Below, piece after piece: positions 9,576-18,720 of a DNA stretch of 64,000 bases. Where the stretch lies: contig CAXXJS010000010.1 of the NCBI GenBank assembly GCA_963662665.2, forward strand, positions 32,001 through 96,000, read 5' to 3'. The position numbers and the translations under genes were made by a program. Position 1 is the first letter of the stretch. Each line of letters opens with the position of its first letter. This stretch comes from Candidatus Latescibacterota bacterium (GTDB lineage: Bacteria > Latescibacterota > UBA2968 > GCA-2709665). The notes below the pieces were generated by a model, which did not search any database, had not been told where the DNA came from, and saw nothing but the letters and a program-made list of their open reading frames with translations.

Positions 9576-10391
9576 TTGGATCGCCGCGACGTGGATATCC
9601 AGAATGAACTGAAGGCAAATGGCAATCTCCCCGGGCATGTCGCAATAATAATGGACGGGAATGGTCGCTGGGCGCAACAGCATGGCCTTGTCAGGACTCA
9701 GGGTCACCGTTCCGCTCGTAAAGTCGTGCGCGACATTGTACGGGCATGTGGAGAACTGGGGATCGATATTCTCACTCTGTTTGCATTCGGAACGGACAAC
9801 TGGCGTCGTCCGTGGGCCGAAGTCCTTTCGTTAATGCAACTGTTGCGAGACGTTGCTGCTGAAGAACTGAAGGAGCTCCTTGAGAATAACGTACGCCTGA
9901 TTGCTACCGGAGATACGGACCGTCTGGCAAGGCAGGCGCGGCAGGCGATGAAATACGCCATGTTCAGGACATCGGAAAACACCGGGTTGACGCTGAACCT
10001 GGCGATGAGTTATGATGGTCGCAGCGATATTCTCCAGGCCGTCAGACGTATTGCCTCCGGGGTGGAACAGGGAAGAATCAGCAGCGACGGGATCGACGGG
10101 AAGCTGTTTTCCAGGATGCTTTACACCGTCGATCTGCCCGACCCCGATTTATTGATCCGCACAAGCGGAGAGTTTCGTCTGAGTAATTTTATGCTTTGGC
10201 AGTGCGCTTACACGGAATTCTGGTTCACGCCGGTCTTGTGGCCCGATTTCAGGCGCGAACATCTGTACGAAGCCATTCGGGCGTATCAGTCCAGGGAACG
10301 CCGTTTCGGGAAGACCAGCGCGCAGATCCGTTCCACCACGGTTGGCGCCGGGAACGGGGTTGCGAAGCGGATGGGCGCGGCGACGGGATAG
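9576..10391 (+). CDS. uppS: Undecaprenyl diphosphate synthase
   Basis: HVAIIMDGNGRWA, DLLIRTSGEFRLSNF, RERRFG; synteny with cdsA-dxr-rseP. Confidence 0.95.
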   Translation: MDRRDVDIQNELKANGNLPGHVAIIMDGNGRWAQQHGLVRTQGHRSARKVVRDIVRACGELGIDILTLFAFGTDNWRRPWAEVLSLMQLLRDVAAEELKELLENNVRLIATGDTDRLARQARQAMKYAMFRTSENTGLTLNLAMSYDGRSDILQAVRRIASGVEQGRISSDGIDGKLFSRMLYTVDLPDPDLLIRTSGEFRLSNFMLWQCAYTEFWFTPVLWPDFRREHLYEAIRAYQSRERRFGKTSAQIRSTTVGAGNGVAKRMGAATG

Positions 10392-10440
10392 AAACTCCCG
10401 TATCGGGTTTCGATCCAATTCCCGCTTCCGTCAGGCAGGG

Positions 10441-11271
10441 GTGGTTTTGGCGGTACAGTCGAATTTGCTTCACCGGATCTCAGCGGCGGCGGTCTTCGGG
10501 CCGCTTTTTCTGGTTCTGTTCTGGGTTGGCGGAATACCGCTCCTGATTGGCATTTGCCTGGTGGCTGCGGGAGGGACGTGGGAGTACTGCCAGATGCAGA
10601 AAAAGAGGGGGCTGCATCCCTGGACGGGCGTCGGGGTTGCGGCCTCTTTGGTTTGGTGCCTGTGGTTGAACGGTTTCGGCGAACGGCTCGTGCTGATACC
10701 GGCCACGGTGATTCTGCTTGTTCTGCTAACCCTGGCGCTGGGACAGAGGGAGGGTCGATTCAGGCTGGCTGACGCCGAGGCGACCTTTGTCGGGACGTGC
10801 TATATCGGGTTGCTGTCGGCCTTCGCGCTGCTGGTCCGGAACTATTCCGGATTTGAAACGGCCGACGAAGGCGGCGCCTGGTTTGCCGTTGTGGTACTCC
10901 TGGGAATCTGGGGCACGGATATTCTTGCATATTTTGCGGGGCGCCTTTGGGGGAAGCGACATCCTTTCCCGAAGATCAGTCCGGGTAAGACGGGGGCGGG
11001 TTTCGCGGGCGGAATTGTCGGAGCGGTTACGGTAATGTACGCTGGCGGCCATATCCTGGATTTGTACACGCTTCCAGAGGGTATCGCGCTGGGGATCGTG
11101 GTGGGCGTTAGCGCTCTATGGGGAGATCTGGTTGAATCGATGATTAAGCGGAACGCGGGGGTCAAAGACGCCTCCGGCCTGATTCCCGGACACGGCGGCG
11201 TGCTGGACCGATTCGACAGTTTTCTGTTTGTGTACCCTGCAGTGTATCTTTATCTCCGCGCGATTCATTAA
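10441..11271 (+). CDS. cdsA: Phosphatidate cytidylyltransferase (start approximate)
   Basis: ISPGKT, GDLVESMIKR..GVKD...IPGHGGVLDRFDS. Confidence 0.95.
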   Translation: MVLAVQSNLLHRISAAAVFGPLFLVLFWVGGIPLLIGICLVAAGGTWEYCQMQKKRGLHPWTGVGVAASLVWCLWLNGFGERLVLIPATVILLVLLTLALGQREGRFRLADAEATFVGTCYIGLLSAFALLVRNYSGFETADEGGAWFAVVVLLGIWGTDILAYFAGRLWGKRHPFPKISPGKTGAGFAGGIVGAVTVMYAGGHILDLYTLPEGIALGIVVGVSALWGDLVESMIKRNAGVKDASGLIPGHGGVLDRFDSFLFVYPAVYLYLRAIH

Positions 11272-11334
11272 GATGTCCGTGCATTCAGGGAACATTCGAT
11301 TTCATTCATCCGTCGACATGAACGGGATCTGTGT

Positions 11335-12492
11335 ATGAAGCGAGTTGCTCTGCTCGGATCAACAGGATCTATCGGTACCAGTACGCTGGACGTCCTGGCC
11401 GGCCTGCCCGAACGATTCGAAGTGGAATGCCTCAGCGCGGGGGGCAATATCGATCTGCTCTGCGAGCAGGTCGCGCGTTTCCGGCCGAAGCGGGTGTGCG
11501 TGGGAGAAGAGAACGCCAAAAACGCCGACGCGAGACATGAGTTGCAGGGTATTGAGGTGTTACACGGTGCAGACGGACTCATCGCGTTGGCGACGGATAC
11601 GCAGGTGGACCTGGTAATCAACGGGCTGGTAGCGGGAGTAGGACTGCGGCCAACCCTGGCGGCGGTCGAGGCAGGCAAGGACGTCGCCATTGCAAATAAG
11701 GAGACGCTGGTGGTAGCAGGGCATCTCGTGACAGATCTCGCACAGCGGAACGGCGTGCGGTTGATTCCGCTGGACAGCGAACTGACCCCTTTGTGGCAGA
11801 GCCTGCAGGACGTTCCGTCGACGCAGGTGACGCGCATCGTACTTTCCGCCTCCGGAGGTCCGTTCTTCGAGACGTCACTGGACGATATGGCTCGGGCGAC
11901 ACCCGACGAGGCCCTCCGTCATCCGACGTGGCGGATGGGGCCGAAGATCACCATCGATTCGGCAACATTGATGAACAAGGGCTTTGAGGTGATCGAGTCC
12001 CGCTGGTTTCTTGGGCTCGACATCGACCGGATCGATGTCGTCATTCACCGGCAGTCCATCGTGCATTGTCTTGTGGAGTTCCTGGATGGAAGCCTGACCG
12101 CACATCTGAGCCGGCCCGATATGCGCCTGCCCATTCAACAGGCGCTGACCCATCCGGAGCGGTTGCCGACAACCGTCCCGTCGCTGGACCTTGTGGCTAT
12201 GGGTTCATTGAGCTTTGATGCACCCGACCTGGAGCGGTTTCCCTGCCTTGCGCTTGCGTATGAGGCGGGGCGTGCGGAAGGCACGGCCGCGGCGGTCCTG
12301 AACGCGGCCAACGAGATTGGTGTCTATTCTTTTCTGGCTGGGCGAATCGGATTTCTGGATGTGTCCGACGTCGTACGCCGGACTCTGGACGCTCATGTCA
12401 ACGCAACATGCTCGAGTCTCGATGCTGTATTTGAAGCGGACCGCTGGGGGCGGGAAAAGGCAAGGGAGGTTGTCACACGCCTGGGGAGATAG
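11335..12492 (+). CDS. dxr: 1-deoxy-D-xylulose 5-phosphate reductoisomerase
   Basis: LGSTGSIG, ANKE, ASGGPF, HPTWRMGPKITIDSATLMNKG, NAANE. Confidence 0.96.
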   Translation: MKRVALLGSTGSIGTSTLDVLAGLPERFEVECLSAGGNIDLLCEQVARFRPKRVCVGEENAKNADARHELQGIEVLHGADGLIALATDTQVDLVINGLVAGVGLRPTLAAVEAGKDVAIANKETLVVAGHLVTDLAQRNGVRLIPLDSELTPLWQSLQDVPSTQVTRIVLSASGGPFFETSLDDMARATPDEALRHPTWRMGPKITIDSATLMNKGFEVIESRWFLGLDIDRIDVVIHRQSIVHCLVEFLDGSLTAHLSRPDMRLPIQQALTHPERLPTTVPSLDLVAMGSLSFDAPDLERFPCLALAYEAGRAEGTAAAVLNAANEIGVYSFLAGRIGFLDVSDVVRRTLDAHVNATCSSLDAVFEADRWGREKAREVVTRLGR

Positions 12493-12624
12493 GTTGAAAA
12501 CCCCTGTCGCGGCTTCCCGTTGTTCAGCCGCAACCAAAGGAGCGGTATACATCAAACAGCGTGATTGAACCTGCGCGCATTTTGAGTTGAACTCTAACAG
12601 TAAGGTCTAAAGGAGTAGAGCGCT

Positions 12625-13932
12625 TTGGAATTTCTGGAGACGATTTTCTATTTCATTCTCGTTTTGGGCGTGCTGGTTTTCGTGCATGAATTCGGTCATT
12701 TCGTGGTCGCCAAAAAGTCGGGTATTCGCGTGGAGCAGTTCTCGCTGGGATTTCCGCCCAAGGCGATCGGGATAACGATTGGCGAGACCGAGTACTGCAT
12801 TTCCTGGCTGCCCCTCGGAGGATACGTGAAGTTGGCGGGAATGTCGGACTTTGGAAGCGCGGAAGTCAGGCGTGAGCCGTGGGAACTTCAGTCAAAGCCG
12901 CGGGCAATTCAGATGGCGGTGATGGTCGCAGGGCCCATTATGAATTTTCTGCTCGGTTTCATGCTCATTCTGGGGCTTCGGCTGGCACTGGGCGACTATG
13001 TTCTGCAAACCACGAAAGTAGGCCGGATCGAGTCCACGTCGCCATTTTACGCGTCGGGTCTGCGCCCGGAAGACCGCATCCTCGCTGTTAACGGGACCCC
13101 GGTGGAAAACTGGGGTGGACTGATCGAGGCGTACAACGCGGGTGGCGGCGGAGACGTTTCTTTGGAAGTGTCTCGCGGGGAAGACGTGGTTTCCCTTGTA
13201 GCCACACCCGATCCCGGTCAGGAACCGGGGTTCGATCCCTTTCTGCCTCCGACCGCCGGGTCGGTGATGCCCGGGTACCCGGCTGCCAGAGGGGGGATGG
13301 AGCCCGGAGACCGTGTGCTATCTGTCGCCGGTGAATCCGTGAGCGGATGGGACGAGATGAGAACGAAGATTTCCGCAAGGCCGGGGCAGGAAACCGAGAT
13401 ACGGTGGTTGCGCGGGGAAGAGGTGATGTCCGCACGCATCGCGCCTCAGCCACAGAGAGGCGAGGGCCGTACCATCGGTGTGATTGGCATCGGGCCGTCC
13501 TATGAACCCAGTGCGCGTGTACCTGTGACGATTACCACCGCCATCGAGCGCAGCGGGCGGGACCTCGTGGGTTATACCACGCTCATATTCGTACTCATCA
13601 AACGCCTGGTCCTGGGCGAGATCTCGGGCGGCATGATTGCGGGCCCTGTAGGAATCGCTCAGATGGCGGGGAGCAAGGCGCGGGAAGGTCTGGAAGCGTT
13701 GCTCGATTTTATCGCGATGCTGAGTATTAATCTTGCGGTGCTGAACCTGTTACCCATTCCAGCGCTGGACGGGGGCCACCTGATGATCCTGGGCGTGGAA
13801 GCCGTAACCCGACGGTCGCTTTCCGCGCGTCAGAAAGAGCGGCTCCAGCAGGTCGGGTTCGTATTCCTTCTCGGCCTGATGGTGTATGTGACTTTTGGTG
13901 ACATTGGCCGGATCCTGGGAATGTTCTACTGA
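12625..13932 (+). CDS. rseP: RIP metalloprotease RseP with two PDZ domains
   Basis: HEFGH, LPLGGYV, NLLPIPALDGG; TTG start with AAGGAG RBS. Confidence 0.95.
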   Translation: MEFLETIFYFILVLGVLVFVHEFGHFVVAKKSGIRVEQFSLGFPPKAIGITIGETEYCISWLPLGGYVKLAGMSDFGSAEVRREPWELQSKPRAIQMAVMVAGPIMNFLLGFMLILGLRLALGDYVLQTTKVGRIESTSPFYASGLRPEDRILAVNGTPVENWGGLIEAYNAGGGGDVSLEVSRGEDVVSLVATPDPGQEPGFDPFLPPTAGSVMPGYPAARGGMEPGDRVLSVAGESVSGWDEMRTKISARPGQETEIRWLRGEEVMSARIAPQPQRGEGRTIGVIGIGPSYEPSARVPVTITTAIERSGRDLVGYTTLIFVLIKRLVLGEISGGMIAGPVGIAQMAGSKAREGLEALLDFIAMLSINLAVLNLLPIPALDGGHLMILGVEAVTRRSLSARQKERLQQVGFVFLLGLMVYVTFGDIGRILGMFY

Positions 13933-13960
13933 TCCGGATGAAGCCGTTTCAACATCACCG

Positions 13961-14002
13961 AAAAATGAAGGCGGGCATTCGAACCCGCCTTCATTTTTTT
14001 TT
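13961..14002. terminator. Bidirectional intrinsic terminator
   Basis: AAAAATGAAGGCGGG-cattcgaa-CCCGCCTTCATTTTTTTTT between convergent genes. Confidence 0.8.
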
Positions 14003-14353
14003 GTTGGCGCGATGCCTGCCGACGGTATTTCGCCTGAGGGTCTTTCTCCAGCTTACGTAAACGCTATCGGACTCGAGGGTTTCCATAATATCCCGGGTGA
14101 GGACTTCCAGAGCCTCGGGGTCCGTTTTCCAGGTCTCGGTTAACCGCTCGAGGTCTTTCTCGGTAAGATCAAACCCGTCCAGTGCGGCTTTTCGCTTTGA
14201 GGCGAGACTGTCAGGATGCTCCGCATACTGATGATGGAGCCGGATCACGTCCAGCACAACGTGTGCCAGTTGTCGATCCCCGGGTGCGGGTCCGTTCCGG
14301 ACCGCGCACGCCAGCAGACCGGAGAACAGGAGAGTGATGAGTCTCGGTTTCAT
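13991..14353 (-). CDS. Small helical lipoprotein of unknown function
   Basis: MKPRLITLLFSGLLAC lipobox; helical body. Confidence 0.65.
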   Translation of the reverse strand: MKPRLITLLFSGLLACAVRNGPAPGDRQLAHVVLDVIRLHHQYAEHPDSLASKRKAALDGFDLTEKDLERLTETWKTDPEALEVLTRDIMETLESDSVYVSWRKTLRRNTVGRHRANKKK

Positions 14354-14360
14354 CGTGGAA

Positions 14361-14389
14361 AAGATATCCGGGCGCACCGAAAGCGTCAA
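14361..14389 (-). promoter_or_regulatory. sigma70 promoter, likely leaderless transcript
   Basis: TTGACG-N17-TATCTT, 7 nt before the ATG at 14353. Confidence 0.55.
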
Positions 14390-14660
14390 GCCAAAACACC
14401 CCGCGCCGAATTTGGGCGGGAGCAAGCGGGGTAAAGAGTGCCCGCCTCGTGTCGTTGTCACTGTCTTACCGCCGGGGCACCGAAACGCAAGGAATGAACA
14501 AGGACGAAAGGGGTACTTGCACTATATCTGGTATTTTTTCCGCGTGTCGCTCCCGGCACCCACCACATTTTCGGACCAGGACTCGATGGTCCAGTAAGTG
14601 CACACATGGTCACGGCGTTGTTTTTTTTGGAGATAAGACGAAAAATCAATTAGAAATCCC

Positions 14661-14717
14661 TTGACTTTTGTATAAGCAAGCCCTAATTTTGGTGGTGGAA
14701 AGTGGTGGAAAGTGGTG
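14661..14717 (+). promoter_or_regulatory. dcw promoter with three MraZ boxes
   Basis: TTGACT-N17-TAATTT, then GTGGTG at 14692, 14702 and 14712 (10-bp period), as for known MraZ operators. Confidence 0.85.
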
Positions 14718-14766
14718 CATTAGGGTGGATCTGAATAGATCAGTGAAAAAATCGCTCAGCACGACG

Positions 14767-14793
14767 AGCCCCGACTGGTAAGTCGGGGCTTTT
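14767..14793 (+). terminator. Terminator-like hairpin in mraZ leader
   Basis: AGCCCCGACT-GGTA-AGTCGGGGCT-TTT. Confidence 0.5.
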
Positions 14794-14849
14794 CTCCCGA
14801 TTCCGATCCTGGCCTCAGTGTCCCGTCCTGTCTCCCCCGAGGCGCTCAC

Positions 14850-15305
14850 ATGCCAGACGAAACGCCACTGTTCATTGGAGAATATGAGGATATTCCCGTC
14901 GATAACAAAGGTCGGCTGATTGTCCCGGCCGCCATTCGCCGGGTATTGCCTACGCACGTTACATCGCTTGTAATTGCCAGGTGGTTCGACGGCTGCCTGG
15001 CCGGGTTTGATCCGATCGGCTGGCAGCAAGTCCTGCAGCAGATAAAAGAGGGGAATCATAAAGGAAAGGTGAAGCGGCAAATCGCCCGCTGGGTTATGGG
15101 CGGCGCGGCGGAGACGAGAATTGACCGGCAGGGGCGTTTGCTGGTTCCACGTAAGCTGCTTGACACATCGGAAATTTCGGATCGCGCGACGCTCAGTGGC
15201 GTGGGCAACAGGATAGAGATCTGGAATCCGGCACGATACACCGCCGACATGAGCGACGTCGGCGAGAATCTGGAAGCCTTCGCGGAAGATCTGGACATTC
15301 TCTAG
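14850..15305 (+). CDS. mraZ: Transcriptional regulator MraZ
   Basis: FIGEY, DNKGRL, DRQGRL, IEIW. Confidence 0.95.
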   Translation: MPDETPLFIGEYEDIPVDNKGRLIVPAAIRRVLPTHVTSLVIARWFDGCLAGFDPIGWQQVLQQIKEGNHKGKVKRQIARWVMGGAAETRIDRQGRLLVPRKLLDTSEISDRATLSGVGNRIEIWNPARYTADMSDVGENLEAFAEDLDIL

Positions 15306-15306
15306 A

Positions 15307-16242
15307 ATGCACGGGGCCGTGGAATTTCATACGTCGGTTATGGGGCGCGCAACGGCCTGCCGGGTGGTGAACGACCCGAACGGCGTGTACATCGATTGCA
15401 CGGTGGGCGGAGGCGGCCATGCCGAGTACATGCTGGAGCGGATGGGCCGACACGGACGACTGATCGGGATGGATCAAGATCCGGAGGCGGTTGAAGCCGC
15501 AACCCGTCGCCTCCGCAGATTCTCACACCGCGTGGAAATAATCCGGACCCAGTTCCGGGAACTGCCGCGTATCCTGGATAAACAGGGCGTAGAACGGGTA
15601 TCCGGTGCGCTTTTCGACCTTGGGGTTTCTTCGCATCAAATCGATGAAGCCTCCCGTGGTTTCAGCTATCTCCAAAGCGGCCCCCTGGATATGCGAATGG
15701 GGCCCGACGCCTTCCTGACCGCTCGGGAGGTCGTGAACGCTTACTCGCTGGAAAAGCTGACACGGATTTTCAAAGAATTCGGAGAAGAGCGCGCTGCCGG
15801 ACGGATTGCCCGGGCGATCTGCCGTCGGCGGGTCAGGAAACCCCTGGAAGACACATCGGAACTGGCCGCGCTGGTAGCGGAGACCAGCCCCGGACCTCAA
15901 TCGAAAAAGGCTATGGCAAGAGTCTTTCAGTCCATCCGGATCGAGGTCAACGGTGAGTTGGAGCAAATCCGGGAGACCCTTGAGTGTGCAATCGACAGGT
16001 TGGCGCAGGGCGGACGAATCGGAATTCTGTCGTATCACTCGCTTGAAGACCGCGCGGTGAAGACGGTATTCCGTTCGGCTTGCCTGGGTTGCGTTTGCCC
16101 GCCGAATCTTCCCGTTTGCGGATGTGGACGGGTCCCGCAGGTGCGTGTCCTGACCCCTGGTGGCATTCGCCCTGATCCGGACGAGCGACTGCGAAACCCG
16201 CGGTCCAGGAGCGCAACGTTGCGGGTCGCAGAAAGATTGTGA
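15307..16242 (+). CDS. rsmH: 16S rRNA m4C1402 methyltransferase
   Basis: DCTVGGGGH, DLGVSS, LDMRM, YHSLEDR, NPRSRSA. Confidence 0.96.
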   Translation: MHGAVEFHTSVMGRATACRVVNDPNGVYIDCTVGGGGHAEYMLERMGRHGRLIGMDQDPEAVEAATRRLRRFSHRVEIIRTQFRELPRILDKQGVERVSGALFDLGVSSHQIDEASRGFSYLQSGPLDMRMGPDAFLTAREVVNAYSLEKLTRIFKEFGEERAAGRIARAICRRRVRKPLEDTSELAALVAETSPGPQSKKAMARVFQSIRIEVNGELEQIRETLECAIDRLAQGGRIGILSYHSLEDRAVKTVFRSACLGCVCPPNLPVCGCGRVPQVRVLTPGGIRPDPDERLRNPRSRSATLRVAERL

Positions 16243-16274
16243 AACCGACGGTTCCGAGTTAAGAAAGAACGCGC

Positions 16275-16607
16275 ATGAAGACCAATTTCCAGATGAACGC
16301 GTCGGGTGGGTATCGTTACGTATTTCTGAGCTTTGCGCTGGTCGTTGCGGGTCTCCTGGGTTATCTGTGGGCGCAGGCGCAAACCGTGCGGCAGGGTGAC
16401 GAGATCGCACGGCTTCGAACCGAGCACCAGCAACTGCTCCGCCGGCAGGAGCGTCTGCGGGCGGAGATTTCCGGACTCCGAAGAAGCAGTCGAATCCGTG
16501 AGATCGCTTCGAACAGACTCGAAATGGTGTTTCCCAAGGGTCCGCCTCGGAATCTTTACCTGGATAGGCAATCCGGCCGCCGCGCTCTTACCGGAAAAAA
16601 GAACTGA
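16275..16607 (+). CDS. ftsL: Cell division protein FtsL
   Basis: TM helix plus coiled coil, RIREIA..L.M; position between rsmH and ftsI. Confidence 0.85.
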   Translation: MKTNFQMNASGGYRYVFLSFALVVAGLLGYLWAQAQTVRQGDEIARLRTEHQQLLRRQERLRAEISGLRRSSRIREIASNRLEMVFPKGPPRNLYLDRQSGRRALTGKKN

Positions 16608-16610
16608 GCC

Positions 16611-18707
16611 ATGCGGATTGAAGTACGCCACATTCGCCGGCAAAGGGCCATTTGCCTGCTGGGCGGAATCTTCGTTCTGGTCCTGATCTACAGATTGGCG
16701 GCGCTTCAGGTCTGGACGGGCGACCTTTACAGCGCCCGCGCAAAGAGACAGCACGAGAAGCGGACTGAATTGCAGGCGAACCGCGGTCGTATTCTGGACC
16801 GCCAGGGCCGGGTGCTTGCAACGAACCTGCAAGCCCAATCGTTCTTTGTAAACAAGGTAGCCGAGCTGGATAGCGCCCGATCCATCGCGTTGCGATTTTC
16901 CGGGCGTGATGGTGAGGAAACGGCCGCACTCATGCGGCGGCTACAAAAGAATCAATTCGTCTGGCTGGCCAGAAAGGTAATCAACGACCGGCGACAGGAT
17001 CCGCTGCCGAAGGGCGTCGGCCGGATTGTCGAGATGAAGCGAAACTATCCGATGGGTGAACTTGCCGCACAGATGCTGGGGTATACCGACATCGACAATT
17101 TGGGAATCGAGGGCGTGGAACTGGCCTGCAATTCGCTGTTGCAGGGCACGCCCGGAGATATGACGTCCAGGAGGGACGCGCGTGGCGAGGTACTGGGGGC
17201 TCTGGGGGTTGTGCGGCGGATTCCTGAAGACGGCGAGGATGTGATGTTGACCGTCGACGTCGATTATCAGTCGATCGTCGAGGAAGAGTTGGCTGCGGCC
17301 GTGGCCGAATTCCAGGCGGTGAACGGGATAGCGATCGTCACGTCGCCCCGGTCAGGTGAAATTCTGGCGATGGCCAACGTGCCGTTGTACGATCCGAATC
17401 ATTTCGGGAAATACGACGCGTCGGTCAGACGCAATCGGGCGGTTACCGACATTTTTGAACCCGGTTCGACTTTCAAGGTGGTAGCGGTGGCCGGCGGTCT
17501 GGAAACGGGGCTCTGGCGACGTGAAGATCGAATCTACTGTGAGCATGGCCGGATGTACATTTCCGGCGGTGTGATTCGAGACACACATCCGTGCGGATGG
17601 CTCACGGTCCAGCAGGTCGTGGAAGAATCCAGTAACATTGGAACCGTGAAGATCGCTCGAAAACTGAAACAGGCAGGACTGTTTAAATTTGTCCGAATGT
17701 TCGGATTCGGAATCGAGACGGCCGTTGATTTACCGGGCGAAGTGTCGGGAAACGTGAAAAAACCGACACGATGGTCCGGAAGAACGCTGGCATCGATGGC
17801 GATCGGGCAGGAAGTGGGCGTGACGGCGTTACAGATGGTCATGGCTTACGGAGCCATTGCCAACGGCGGCGAATTAATGGTCCCGCGCATCTATCGCCGC
17901 CGTTCTCAGGACGGCGCCTGGACCTCCGAACGACCCCACGTCCTGCGGCGGGTGGTTTCTGAGGAGACGGCAAGGAACATGGCCGAAATCCTCGAAGGGG
18001 TGGTACAACGAGGCACGGGCGCGAACGCACGGATACCAGGCTATCGCGTCGCTGGAAAAACGGGCACCGCGCAGCGGGCAAGAGAAGGGGGGAGGGGCTA
18101 CGATCCGAACCGGTACGTTTCCTCATTCATCGGTTTTCTGCCGGTCGAGCGTGCTGAATTCGTGTGCATTGTGGTCGTAGACAGCCCAAAGGGAATTCAC
18201 TGGGGCAGCAAGGTAGCCGCACCCGTCTTCAGCCGCATTATGAAACGCATCTTGAGTCTGCGCGACACGGAAATGCGGCATCGGGCAGTCGTTAAGGCCG
18301 GTGGGAAGGAAATCGTGGAAGCGTCCAGACCGATTTTGGCGGGATTGTCGCGGAATGTGGCGAGACGGGTAATGGATCGGCACGTTTTCAGGCCAATGAA
18401 TGTGGACACGGGCCCACGATTGCCGGTAAAGGCGCATACCCCATCGAATGATATCAGAGAATCGGGGCAGAAGACGGTTTCATCAGATTCAGCAAACGCC
18501 ATCGATTCCGTCATGACGCCCGACGTACTGGGGATTCCATTGCGTCAGGCTGTGGTTCAATTGACTTCCTCCGGATTAGTTGTAAACGCTTCCGGCAGCG
18601 GGCGGGTCGTTTCGCAAACTCCAGGCGCCGGAACGCCGGTTGCCCGGGGCACGGTCTGCAACGTGGTGTGCAGCACCGAGGACGTGCCCATCCCCAACGC
18701 AAGATGA
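16611..18707 (+). CDS. ftsI: Class B PBP (FtsI) with C-terminal PASTA
   Basis: RGRILDRQG, EPGSTFK (SxxK), SSN, KTGTAQ. Confidence 0.94.
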   Translation: MRIEVRHIRRQRAICLLGGIFVLVLIYRLAALQVWTGDLYSARAKRQHEKRTELQANRGRILDRQGRVLATNLQAQSFFVNKVAELDSARSIALRFSGRDGEETAALMRRLQKNQFVWLARKVINDRRQDPLPKGVGRIVEMKRNYPMGELAAQMLGYTDIDNLGIEGVELACNSLLQGTPGDMTSRRDARGEVLGALGVVRRIPEDGEDVMLTVDVDYQSIVEEELAAAVAEFQAVNGIAIVTSPRSGEILAMANVPLYDPNHFGKYDASVRRNRAVTDIFEPGSTFKVVAVAGGLETGLWRREDRIYCEHGRMYISGGVIRDTHPCGWLTVQQVVEESSNIGTVKIARKLKQAGLFKFVRMFGFGIETAVDLPGEVSGNVKKPTRWSGRTLASMAIGQEVGVTALQMVMAYGAIANGGELMVPRIYRRRSQDGAWTSERPHVLRRVVSEETARNMAEILEGVVQRGTGANARIPGYRVAGKTGTAQRAREGGRGYDPNRYVSSFIGFLPVERAEFVCIVVVDSPKGIHWGSKVAAPVFSRIMKRILSLRDTEMRHRAVVKAGGKEIVEASRPILAGLSRNVARRVMDRHVFRPMNVDTGPRLPVKAHTPSNDIRESGQKTVSSDSANAIDSVMTPDVLGIPLRQAVVQLTSSGLVVNASGSGRVVSQTPGAGTPVARGTVCNVVCSTEDVPIPNAR

Positions 18708-18720
18708 CAAAGACCGTGTT

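Noticed and set aside
13970-13989. tRNA T-arm-like GGGTTCGAAT on minus strand
   Set aside because: No cloverleaf; it is the loop of the terminator.
14691-14720. 10-bp tandem repeat as a VNTR or CRISPR
   Set aside because: Explained as MraZ operator boxes; no spacers or cas genes anywhere in the window.
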